Assembly: GCA_964354975.1 (NCBI GenBank)
Contig: CAYHBS010000001.1
Span: 1-54,281 of the forward strand
Reading direction: 5' to 3'
Origin: an uncultured Candidatus Saccharibacteria bacterium
GTDB taxonomy: Bacteria; Patescibacteriota; Minisyncoccia; Ryanbacterales; HO2-45-13
DNA: 54,281 bases
How positions within the stretch are numbered: position 1 is the first letter of the stretch; every line of letters starts with the position of its first letter. Below the pieces are notes generated by a model that saw nothing but the letters and a program-made list of their open reading frames with translations, ran no database searches and was not told where the DNA came from. Below, one piece after another: positions 36,666-45,299 of this stretch. A program made the position numbers and the translations under genes.

Positions 36666-37709
36666 TCACGCCTCCTCCGGTTTATCAAGTGCTATTGGCT
36701 CGATGCCGGGGGCTTCCCCGGTAATGCGCAGTACGTCTTTATCAATCTTTTTTAGCTCCTTATAGGCGAGGTTATAATGCCCCACCGTGGTACCAAGCGT
36801 GTTCCCGACCTTACCCATATATTGCTCATATGTCGCCAAATGCTTTCCCAGTTCACCCACTCGCCGAATGACGTCCACTACTTTCTCCTCAATTTGCATG
36901 GCATTTAACGCCTGGAGCACGGTCTGCAGATATGCCAAAAATGAAGTGGGAGAAACAATAATCACCTTATACTTACTCGCTGCGCGCTGAATGAGCGTTT
37001 CTGTGCTTTCTTCAACGGCGCCGACCCGGTTGATGAGCAAATCATAATAAATGGCTTCGTGCGGAATAAACATAAACGCAAAATCCATTGTTTGTTCTCC
37101 CGGGCGAATATACTTTGCGGTTTCTTGGATACGATTTTTTAAATCATTCACAAACACTTTTTCAAGGCGCTTTTTTTCATTTTCGTCGCGTTCTTCAAAA
37201 ATTCTATTATAATTTTCCAGACTGAATTTTGAGTCAACCGGAATAATTTTATCTTTCACAAATACTACTGCGTCGACGATTTCGCCATCGGCAAATGCGT
37301 ATTGCATCTGGTAGCTGCCAACCGGCATGACGTTTTTTAACAATGTTTCTAAATAGTACTCCCCGAGAATTCCTCTTTGCTTTGGATTTTTAAGAATATC
37401 CTGCAGGGATTGCAGTTGATCGGTGAAGTTGATGACTTGCTTGTTCGTTTCGTCGAGCTTGGTAAGGCGCTCCGTCACTTCACGAATGATATTTGAAGAC
37501 TCTGAAAACTGTGAGCGTACCGTCTCGTGCATAAGCCGCGAGGACTCCCCCATTCGCTGGTCAATCGTGCGCGTGAGGTCTCCAATTTGTTGTTGCAGCA
37601 GCTGCATCCCGGAGCTGTCGGAAGAGGAGCGCCCACGCAACATAAACACAGCAATAGCTCCTACAGCAAGGCCAATGAGTAGTGCGATAATCCCGGTTGA
37701 AAAATCCAT
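36666..37709 (-). CDS. rmuC: DNA recombination protein RmuC
   Basis: TM and coiled coil; NPKQRGILGE, PVDSKF, DFAFMFIPHEAIY, VSPTSF. Confidence 0.92.
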   Translation of the reverse strand: MDFSTGIIALLIGLAVGAIAVFMLRGRSSSDSSGMQLLQQQIGDLTRTIDQRMGESSRLMHETVRSQFSESSNIIREVTERLTKLDETNKQVINFTDQLQSLQDILKNPKQRGILGEYYLETLLKNVMPVGSYQMQYAFADGEIVDAVVFVKDKIIPVDSKFSLENYNRIFEERDENEKKRLEKVFVNDLKNRIQETAKYIRPGEQTMDFAFMFIPHEAIYYDLLINRVGAVEESTETLIQRAASKYKVIIVSPTSFLAYLQTVLQALNAMQIEEKVVDVIRRVGELGKHLATYEQYMGKVGNTLGTTVGHYNLAYKELKKIDKDVLRITGEAPGIEPIALDKPEEA

Positions 37710-37762
37710 GTCATGTATTCTAGCGCGAAATGTCTCTTGCGTCGAAACAAAAAAAGCCTGTT

Positions 37763-37795
37763 GATCCACCTCCGCCGGTTGGCGGATGGCGGATC
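37763..37795. repeat. Nested TCCGCC-N4-GGCGGA palindrome, copy 2, inside a terminator-like hairpin
   Basis: GATCCACC-[TCCGCCGGTTGGCGGA, 37771-37786]-TGGCGGATC. Confidence 0.65.
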
Positions 37796-37816
37796 GGGGC
37801 TCTTTTGTTCAAGTAT

Positions 37817-38065
37817 TCACACCTGTGCGTTTCGTAGCACAGTGTTGGCTTTTTGCCATATTTCGTCCGGGATGTCGGAAAGGTGCGTGCATGTATGATC
37901 ACAGGGAACGACTCGAACTTCTTCGGGCCTCGGTCCACGACGATACCCCTGATGGATATGAAATCTTTTATTGTCCAGTTCGACACACCACTTGTCACCG
38001 AAGACCTGCAGATCATATTTACCAACTGGCTCGTTGATTAGCCCTTGAAATTTTTTTCCTTTCAC
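37817..38065 (-). CDS. Small hypothetical protein
   Basis: AGGAGG SD, GTG start and a downstream hairpin. Confidence 0.55.
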   Translation of the reverse strand: MKGKKFQGLINEPVGKYDLQVFGDKWCVELDNKRFHIHQGYRRGPRPEEVRVVPCDHTCTHLSDIPDEIWQKANTVLRNAQV

Positions 38066-38135
38066 CTGAGTTCCTCCTATACTGCTTCTTCAAATACAGT
38101 ATCACCGAGAAAATATTTCCACAATCGTACTGCTG

Positions 38136-38208
38136 TCCGCCCACTTGGATTCGAACCAAGGACCCGCGGCTTAAAAGGCCGTTGCTCTACCAACTGAGCT
38201 ATGGGCGG
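38136..38208 (-). tRNA. tRNA-Lys(UUU), CCA not encoded
   Basis: CCGCCCA/TGGGCGG acceptor stem, GCTCAGTTGGTAGAGC D-arm, CTTTTAA anticodon loop, GGTTCGAATCC T-arm; 73 nt. Confidence 0.95.
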
Positions 38209-38219
38209 ATATTATTGTA

Positions 38220-38256
38220 CTCTACCAACTGATCCGCCGGCTGGCGGAATGGGCGG
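38220..38256 (-). repeat. Duplicate of the tRNA-Lys 5' end interrupted by palindrome copy 3 (38233-38248)
   Basis: Minus strand reads CCGCCCAT-TCCGCCAGCCGGCGGA-TCAGTTGGTAGAG, versus CCGCCCAT-AGC-TCAGTTGGTAGAG in the tRNA. Confidence 0.8.
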
Positions 38257-38260
38257 GGAT

Positions 38261-38419
38261 CATGAAAGCACGAGAACATTAAAACATTAAATCACAGAAA
38301 CATTAAATCAATAAGGCACGAGAACATGAAAGCACGAGAACATTAAAACATAAAAGCACGAGATCATGAAAGCACGAGATCATAAGTCACCAAATCATAA
38401 AAAGACGAAAGCACAAAGG
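38261..38419. repeat. Degenerate 8-bp tandem repeat array (~20 units)
   Basis: CATGAAAG, CACGAGAA, CATTAAAA and similar units in 8-bp register, with one 7-bp unit at 38381. Confidence 0.85.
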
Positions 38420-38532
38420 CACTATTCGAACTCTCTAGTTGTATCATAAAAAATCACCGCGCTCAAACAGTCAAGTCGTATTCGCCTATTCACTCGAATA
38501 GGTCCTATTACTCCGCGAGTGATTGGTGAGCA

Positions 38533-38979
38533 CTATGCGTGTTTGATGGTAGACGCGCTCAATAGAAACACCGCGGTCCAGATGAGCACGCGGATCTCCC
38601 CGAAAAATAATAGAGAACCGAGACTGGAGAGTTGAAAAATCCCTTCCCATACCTGATATGTTGATATCAGTGCAATCGTAAATCCAGTTGCGGTAATTGC
38701 TACGAGCCCGCTCGCCCACCACGCACTCAACGACCGAGCAAGTAACTTCCCTTTGAGCAACATACCGAGAATGAGTAATTGAATCAACACAAATACTCCA
38801 AGACGAATATATCCGGAAATTTGCGGATACAGCACGGAAAGTGACCACACGGTAAGTGTGGTAATGGGGGCAGTAAGACCAAACGCCACCACACGGCTTG
38901 CGCGCTCTTGGAGTCCCCACAGAAATAGCGAGCCCACCATAAAAATTGAAATTAAAATTTCGGGAGCGGGAGTGAACAT
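38533..38979 (-). CDS. Hypothetical polytopic membrane protein
   Basis: About 4-5 hydrophobic segments; starts 1 bp after the dnaJ stop. Confidence 0.7.
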   Translation of the reverse strand: MFTPAPEILISIFMVGSLFLWGLQERASRVVAFGLTAPITTLTVWSLSVLYPQISGYIRLGVFVLIQLLILGMLLKGKLLARSLSAWWASGLVAITATGFTIALISTYQVWEGIFQLSSLGSLLFFGEIRVLIWTAVFLLSASTIKHA

Positions 38980-38980
38980 A

Positions 38981-40072
38981 TTAGAATCCTTCTTTTCTCA
39001 TTTCATCTGCAATTTCTTTAATACGCTTGGTCACGCGACGCGGCATTTCAATATGTACTTCAAGTAACAAATCTCCGCGTTCCGTTCCCTCTCCCCTCGG
39101 AAATCCTTTGGAACGAATGCGTAGCATGTCCCCTGTTTGTGTGCCTGCGGGAATTTTGATATTTGTTTTTCCCTCGAGTGTTTCAATAGACCTATCAGCG
39201 CCTACCAGTGCGTCTGAAAGCGCGACGTGCAAATCCATAATCAGGTCATCATTTTCTCTATGGAATTTTTCGTGCTTGAGTACGTGTACTTTTACGTAGA
39301 GATCTCCGGGTCCCCCGTTCGGCATTGCCTCTCCTTTACCGGACATACGAATCACTTCTCCGTTACGAATACCTGGAGGTACTACAATATGGATTTCCTC
39401 ATTTGCGGGATGCACACCGGTCCCGCCACAGGGTTTACACGGATTTTCCGGAATAGTTCCCTTTCCACCACAGTGTGTACACTCGGTGAGCTGGGCAAAT
39501 GTGCCAAAAAGTGTGCGACGAGATTGACGCACGGTTCCAGATCCCTGGCACGTTGTGCAGGATTTTGTTGTTGATCCCTTGGCGTTTCCGGATCCCTGGC
39601 ATACGGTGCATGCGGCAATTTTCCGGATAAGCACTCGGCGATCGGTACCAAATAGTGATTCTTGAAATGGAATTTCAATATCGATGGAAATATCTCGCCC
39701 GCGTTTTTCGCGCTGCTTTCCACCTCCTCCAAACCCAAAGAAGTCTTCGAAAATTTCGCCCATGTCCACATTAAATCCACCGCCTCCAAAATTGCGGGGA
39801 TCAAATCCGCTGAAATCCCAACCATTGGGAGATCCTCCTCCTACACCAGGACCTGCGGCACCAAACATGTCATACTGCTTGCGCTGTTCGTCGTTGGAGA
39901 GCACCTGATACGCCTCGTTGATTTCTTTAAACTTTGATTCCGCCTCCTTGCGCTTTTCTGGGTCACGATGCTTGTCGGGATGAAATTCATGCGCGAGTTT
40001 ACGGTATGCCTTTTTAATATCATCCTTCGTGGATGACTTTGAAATACCAAGGATATTGTAATAGTCCTTCAT
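38981..40072 (-). CDS. dnaJ: Chaperone DnaJ
   Basis: J domain with HPD, G/F-rich region and four CxxCxGxG repeats. Confidence 0.97.
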   Translation of the reverse strand: MKDYYNILGISKSSTKDDIKKAYRKLAHEFHPDKHRDPEKRKEAESKFKEINEAYQVLSNDEQRKQYDMFGAAGPGVGGGSPNGWDFSGFDPRNFGGGGFNVDMGEIFEDFFGFGGGGKQREKRGRDISIDIEIPFQESLFGTDRRVLIRKIAACTVCQGSGNAKGSTTKSCTTCQGSGTVRQSRRTLFGTFAQLTECTHCGGKGTIPENPCKPCGGTGVHPANEEIHIVVPPGIRNGEVIRMSGKGEAMPNGGPGDLYVKVHVLKHEKFHRENDDLIMDLHVALSDALVGADRSIETLEGKTNIKIPAGTQTGDMLRIRSKGFPRGEGTERGDLLLEVHIEMPRRVTKRIKEIADEMRKEGF

Positions 40073-41034
40073 GAAATTGTGGGATATTTAACAGTCACAA
40101 TACGTTCTTTATACGTGATGAGATGCAGATTGTCCATGGTGCGAAGCACGCCGAGCGCAATAAGGATAACGGCCCATTTAAGGAAGAAAAACAGAAACTG
40201 TAGCGTGAAAAATATACCGATTGCGCTCACGATGGGAAAATACCTTGCAAAATATTGCGAAATACTCCCCACACTGCCAAACGGCCTATCTGCGAACGCC
40301 AACACAATCTCATAACTCACATCAGCCATCGTATCATCCGGCTCAATAGTGGTGTTGTATTTTGTATTCAGCGCTGAAAGTTGTTGGCGTACCAATTCTG
40401 CGCGGAGATACGCAGGAACTTGATCATCAATTTGCGCAAGAATATATGATTCGACTGTCTGCTCCGCTGTAAAATTTGGAGACGTTTGTTTGAGAATAGG
40501 TTCAATTTTTTGCATCACTGCGACGATATGCTCACGCTTTAATGCAGATTGCAGTGTGGCCGCAACTGCGGGGCGCGTGTTGTAAAACGAGATTGCGATA
40601 ATGAGCGCCATCACGGTAAACCAAAAGCCGTACGCTACACGAAGGGGTTGAAAAAAGAATGTGTCGCGCTCATCTTCCACAATGTGGCGCACGCGGTTGC
40701 GAATGAGCATACCAACAGCAAATAGGGCGCCAACTGGGATCACTTGCAGAAATACCACTTGCGGAATTAGTGCGGCAACAGCAACAATCATCCATGCATA
40801 TTTCCAATACGCTGAACGTGCGGTCAGGATCATGGTGACCCCGTACCACACCGAAAACACGGTAAGCGTCGCAAACCCCCACACAATTGCATTATCGCTC
40901 ATACGCACATCCGGGAGCACCGCTCGTAACGTAAAAAAATACCAGCATGCGGATGCAAACAGTACGACGTAGAGCAGCATCTCCTTCCAGCTGATGCGTG
41001 TACGCGTGCTACTATTTGCTTCCGTCGTTTCCAA
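40069..41034 (-). CDS. Hypothetical polytopic membrane protein
   Basis: About five N-terminal TMs, a ~110-aa loop and C-terminal TMs; overlaps both dnaK and dnaJ. Confidence 0.75.
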   Translation of the reverse strand: METTEANSSTRTRISWKEMLLYVVLFASACWYFFTLRAVLPDVRMSDNAIVWGFATLTVFSVWYGVTMILTARSAYWKYAWMIVAVAALIPQVVFLQVIPVGALFAVGMLIRNRVRHIVEDERDTFFFQPLRVAYGFWFTVMALIIAISFYNTRPAVAATLQSALKREHIVAVMQKIEPILKQTSPNFTAEQTVESYILAQIDDQVPAYLRAELVRQQLSALNTKYNTTIEPDDTMADVSYEIVLAFADRPFGSVGSISQYFARYFPIVSAIGIFFTLQFLFFFLKWAVILIALGVLRTMDNLHLITYKERIVTVKYPTIS

Positions 41035-42907
41035 GATCTTCGTGTTCTACGTCTTTGATATGTTCTTTTGTTTCTGATGTGCCTCCGGCGCCACTCTGTG
41101 CCTCGGATTGCTTATACATTGCCTCTCCCGCATGAGAGAGCGCCGCGGAGAGCGCATCAGTAGTTTTTTTAGTCTGTTCTTGATCGTTCTCACTCAGCGC
41201 CTTTTTTACGGCCGTGATATGATCTTCGAGCCCCGTCTTTGTTTCTGCAGTTATTTTATCACCGGCGTCTCGTATTGTCTTTTCCGTGGTGTAGATAAGA
41301 GATTCAGCGGTATTTTTCATTTCAATCTCTTCCTTCTTTTTACGATCTTCCTCTGCGTGCACTTCCGCATCCTTTTTCATGCGCTCGATATCATCCTTTG
41401 AAAGTCCACTTTGCGCTTCGATACGAATAGACTGTAGTTTATTTGTTGCTTTATCCTTTGCGCTCACGGAGAGAATACCATTGGCGTCAATGTCGAATAC
41501 GACCTCGACCTGCGGCAGCCCTCTTGGTGCCGGTGGAATGCCGTCCAGAATAAAGCGTCCGAGCGTTTTGTTACTGTTTGCCATTTCTCGCTCTCCCTGG
41601 AGTACATGCACCTCCACCGATGTTTGATTGTCTGCTGCTGTTGAAAACACTTGTGATTTCGAAGTTGGAACTGTGGTGTTTTTCTCAATAAGCTTTGTCA
41701 TCACACCCCCAAGCGTTTCAAGTCCCAGAGAGAGCGGAGTCACATCCAGGAGTAAAATATCTTTGACATCCCCCTGTAGCACTCCTGCTTGTACCGCGGC
41801 TCCCACCGCCACTACCTCATCGGGGTTTATTGAAAGATTCGGTGATTTACCAAAGAGCTCCCGAATGGCCTCTTGAATTGCGGGCATGCGTGTTTGACCT
41901 CCCACAAGAATAATTTCGTTGATGTCCGTAATGTTCATCCCAGAATCGCGAATGACACTTTTTGTAATTTCAATGGAACGATCAATGTGCTCGCGCACTA
42001 ATTGCTCGAGTTGATTGCGCGTCATTTTAATCAGCAAGTGCTGCGGACCGCTTGCATCTGACGTGATGAATGGAATATTGATTTCAGTTTCAATGGTACT
42101 GGAAAGCTCATGTTTTGCTTTTTCAGCGGCTTCTTTGAGGCGCTGGAGCGCGAGCGTATCTTTTGATACATCAATGCCCGACTGTTTCTTAAATTCATCA
42201 ATAATCCATTTTACAATATGATAATCAAAATCATCTCCCCCGAGATGTGTATCTCCTCCCGTTGCTTTTACTTCCACTGTTTTGTCTGCAATTTCAAGCA
42301 CACTGACATCAAAGGTGCCCCCGCCGAAGTCGTACACGACCACTTTTTCATCGGTCTTTTTATTGAGTCCATATGCGAGTGCGGCAGCAGTTGGTTCATT
42401 GATGATGCGCTCAACCTGAAGACCCGCAATTTCACCCGCATCTTTCGTTGCTTTTCGCTGTGCATCATTAAAATATGCAGGTACCGTAATGACTGCTTTT
42501 GTAATACTCGTACCTAACCGCTTCTCCGCATCTGCTTTGAGTTTTTGGAGCACCATTGCGGCAACTTCCTCGGGACGCATCCACTTATCTCCAAGTTTTA
42601 TTTCGACACCTCCATTTGCAGATTTTTGAATGTCGTATGGAAGTAATGCTTTATCCCGTTGCACTTCCTCGTCATCGAATTTACGCCCAATAAGTCGCTT
42701 CGCGGAGTATATTGTTCCCTTTGGATTCGTCACCGCTTGACGCTTTGCGAGAAGCCCCACGAGCCGGTCTCCGCCTTTGCCAGTGGCCGCAATAGAAGGC
42801 GTGGTGCGATTCCCTTCAGCATTTTCAATAATGCGCGGCTCCCCTCCCTCTACGACAGCCATAGCGGAATTTGTTGTGCCCAAATCGATTCCAAGAATTT
42901 TTGACAT
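41012..42907 (-). CDS. dnaK: Chaperone DnaK
   Basis: [32 protein letters not shown]. Confidence 0.98.
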   Translation of the reverse strand: MSKILGIDLGTTNSAMAVVEGGEPRIIENAEGNRTTPSIAATGKGGDRLVGLLAKRQAVTNPKGTIYSAKRLIGRKFDDEEVQRDKALLPYDIQKSANGGVEIKLGDKWMRPEEVAAMVLQKLKADAEKRLGTSITKAVITVPAYFNDAQRKATKDAGEIAGLQVERIINEPTAAALAYGLNKKTDEKVVVYDFGGGTFDVSVLEIADKTVEVKATGGDTHLGGDDFDYHIVKWIIDEFKKQSGIDVSKDTLALQRLKEAAEKAKHELSSTIETEINIPFITSDASGPQHLLIKMTRNQLEQLVREHIDRSIEITKSVIRDSGMNITDINEIILVGGQTRMPAIQEAIRELFGKSPNLSINPDEVVAVGAAVQAGVLQGDVKDILLLDVTPLSLGLETLGGVMTKLIEKNTTVPTSKSQVFSTAADNQTSVEVHVLQGEREMANSNKTLGRFILDGIPPAPRGLPQVEVVFDIDANGILSVSAKDKATNKLQSIRIEAQSGLSKDDIERMKKDAEVHAEEDRKKKEEIEMKNTAESLIYTTEKTIRDAGDKITAETKTGLEDHITAVKKALSENDQEQTKKTTDALSAALSHAGEAMYKQSEAQSGAGGTSETKEHIKDVEHEDLGNDGSK

Positions 42908-42931
42908 ATATGTAATTGATTATATTGTTAG

Positions 42932-43378
42932 TTATTTCACCATCACTTGCACGGGACGAAGCACCTGATCTTCATGCATATATCCATTGCGAACAATGAC
43001 TGCGATCTGTTCACCTTCTCCAGAGATCGCCTCATGTATATAAGGATCAAACAGATCTCCCTTCGTAACCGTAATTAGTGTTACCTTCTCTCGCGCTAGG
43101 ATTGAAAGAATTTTTCGTCGAATCTGTTCAATGCCTTCGTCGCTCGTATGTCTGACCGCCTCATCGAGTGCATCTGCGATTTCCAGCATTTCCCGGAGTA
43201 CCCGCTCCTCGGCGTACCGCGCGAGCTCTGCGGTGTGCGTTCTCCACGTGCGTTCGGCATTCGCAAAATCTGCTTTTGCTCGTTTCCATCCATTCAAATA
43301 CTCTTCGCACGTTGCTTGGAGTGCCTCTATGGAATCTTGCTCGGGGGGGCTCCCGTTTGGATGTGTATCCTCGCTCAT
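42932..43378 (-). CDS. grpE: Nucleotide exchange factor GrpE
   Basis: RAKADFAN, FDPYIHEAI, GY...VLRP..V. Confidence 0.93.
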   Translation of the reverse strand: MSEDTHPNGSPPEQDSIEALQATCEEYLNGWKRAKADFANAERTWRTHTAELARYAEERVLREMLEIADALDEAVRHTSDEGIEQIRRKILSILAREKVTLITVTKGDLFDPYIHEAISGEGEQIAVIVRNGYMHEDQVLRPVQVMVK

Positions 43379-44025
43379 ATATGAAATAGCTCTTCAATAA
43401 TTGTTTGATACGGCATACGCATGGGACCTGCAATAAATAGCGCACCGCGGGGTTCAATGGGAGCTACAACCATGCTCATACCCGTGGTACGTGCACCCGC
43501 CAAATCACTTCCAATAAATACCGTAATGGGGCGTCCCTCAAATCGTTCAAGAAGTGCGCCATACCCACTCATGAAGTGATCAAGTACATATCCGACGTGG
43601 CGCAGCGTCTCTTCATTACGCATTTCAGGAGACTGAAATAATTGTTCAAATCCCGAAAGTTTCATACTACGATCCTCACTGACGGTACCAGCGAGTACCT
43701 GATATTTTTCCGCTATGCGCTCTCTCATGCGTTCAGCCATCACATGCGTAAGTATGCGCTGATCTTCGATCTGCTCTTGATACGAGTCAAACAAGGCGTC
43801 CACATACGTGCGTACTGCTTTTTCCGTCGGAATACGGCCAGAGGAGGTGTGCGGCTGCTCTAAAAATCCCTCGTCTGTGAGGCGTATGAAATGATTACGA
43901 ATCGTCGCGGGACTCAGTGCGCCTCTAAATTTCCTCGACAAATACGAAGATGGCACTGGAGCTGCCGAGTGAATATAGGCGTCAATAAGCGCAAAAAGGA
44001 TTTTTGAGTCTCTTCCCTCTAACAT
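43375..44025 (-). CDS. hrcA: Heat-inducible repressor HrcA, short form (216 aa)
   Basis: SPATIRN, QPHTSSGRIPT, GPMRMPY; preceded by CIRCE. Confidence 0.92.
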   Translation of the reverse strand: MLEGRDSKILFALIDAYIHSAAPVPSSYLSRKFRGALSPATIRNHFIRLTDEGFLEQPHTSSGRIPTEKAVRTYVDALFDSYQEQIEDQRILTHVMAERMRERIAEKYQVLAGTVSEDRSMKLSGFEQLFQSPEMRNEETLRHVGYVLDHFMSGYGALLERFEGRPITVFIGSDLAGARTTGMSMVVAPIEPRGALFIAGPMRMPYQTIIEELFHI

Positions 44026-44043
44026 ATGGGTATCATAAAAACA

Positions 44044-44070
44044 TTAGCACTCTCATGTCAAGAGTGCTAA
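44044..44070. promoter_or_regulatory. CIRCE operator overlapping the -35 box of the hrcA promoter
   Basis: Perfect TTAGCACTC-N9-GAGTGCTAA. On the minus strand, TTGACA (44061-44056)-18bp-TATGAT (44037-44032). Confidence 0.96.
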
Positions 44071-44082
44071 TTTGTGCCCCCA

Positions 44083-45297
44083 TTATTTATACTTGAGCGC
44101 GGTGAGCGGATTGAGGTGAAAGGCTCGCCGTCCCGGTAAAATCCCCGTCACAAACCCCACCATCGTCGAAAAGATAATAATAATTGCCACAAACCATATT
44201 GGGGTCTTAAAGATGTCAACCTGCGTTCCTCCTAACTGACTTGCGAGAAAATCAAGACCCGTGGTGACAATCACCTGACCGAGGAGCCCTATTAACACCC
44301 CTCCCACGCCTCCAAGAAATCCCATAAGACCTGACTCGATAAGAAATAGCCAAAACATATCAACGCGGCTTGCGCCCAGAGATCGCATAATACCAATTTC
44401 TTGTGTGCGTTCAAGAAATGCGATGGTCATCGTATTAATCATACCAATCGCAGATACCACAAGCGCGGCGGCACCAAACACCACGAGAATAATTTGCACC
44501 GCCCGAAAGACTTTATTTGCCTGATCTACCACGTCCGAAAGTGCCTGCACACTAAATCCCATCTCGAGAATAGTATTTCGAATCCCATCAAGCACATCGG
44601 CATTCTCTACTCCCACTTTTGCCTGCGTATATTCCTTCATCGTAATTTCCGGAATGAGCCCAGGTGAAAAATACACGGTGGGAGATTCCGATGGAATAAT
44701 ACCAATGATCACCGCATTTTTTACGAGCTCGTTTGTAGCGACTACCGTGGTGCTGGTGGCGGTATATTCAACCGTTTCTTCGATAAATATTGTAAGTGTT
44801 ACTTGTTTTCCAAGAATCTCTTCTGGTGTCCATGCAAATGTTTCGGCAAGCGAAGATGCAACGAGCACTCCGCTGTCATCGCCCACATCATAGAGCTTTC
44901 CTGGCGCAATTTTATCCTCACTAAACCCATTCATTGGGAAAATAGCTGGCTCGGCAATTTGTGCGCTTACGTCAGTCGTTCCTTCAGAATCTGTGAGTTG
45001 GGCGGCAAGAATTGATACCGGAACAACTTTTGTCACACTGGATATAGTGTTGAATTTTTCAAGCGCCTTTGTATCGAGCTTCAATAATTCCGCATCCGCA
45101 GGGTAGACATCGAGTGAAAGTAGCGCTTCGCTTTGCGCAATACTTTCGATGAGTAGCACCTGAAGACCCGTGCCAAGTGAAAAAAGAAAGACAATCGTGC
45201 CAATACCTACGGACATGCCAAGAATGGTGAGCGCGGTACGGAGCATGCGCGTATGGAACATGCGGGTTGAAAGCGATAGCGTATCTGATACTCGCAT
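44083..45297 (-). CDS. MacB/FtsX-family ABC permease
   Basis: RTALTILGMSVGIG, large extracytoplasmic domain, GMINTM...ERTQEIGIMRSLGA, LNPLTALKY. Confidence 0.9.
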   Translation of the reverse strand: MRVSDTLSLSTRMFHTRMLRTALTILGMSVGIGTIVFLFSLGTGLQVLLIESIAQSEALLSLDVYPADAELLKLDTKALEKFNTISSVTKVVPVSILAAQLTDSEGTTDVSAQIAEPAIFPMNGFSEDKIAPGKLYDVGDDSGVLVASSLAETFAWTPEEILGKQVTLTIFIEETVEYTATSTTVVATNELVKNAVIIGIIPSESPTVYFSPGLIPEITMKEYTQAKVGVENADVLDGIRNTILEMGFSVQALSDVVDQANKVFRAVQIILVVFGAAALVVSAIGMINTMTIAFLERTQEIGIMRSLGASRVDMFWLFLIESGLMGFLGGVGGVLIGLLGQVIVTTGLDFLASQLGGTQVDIFKTPIWFVAIIIIFSTMVGFVTGILPGRRAFHLNPLTALKYK

Positions 45298-45299
45298 AG

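Noticed and set aside
38261-38419. Possible CRISPR array
   Set aside because: Units are contiguous 8-mers with no unique spacers, and there is no cas operon in the window.
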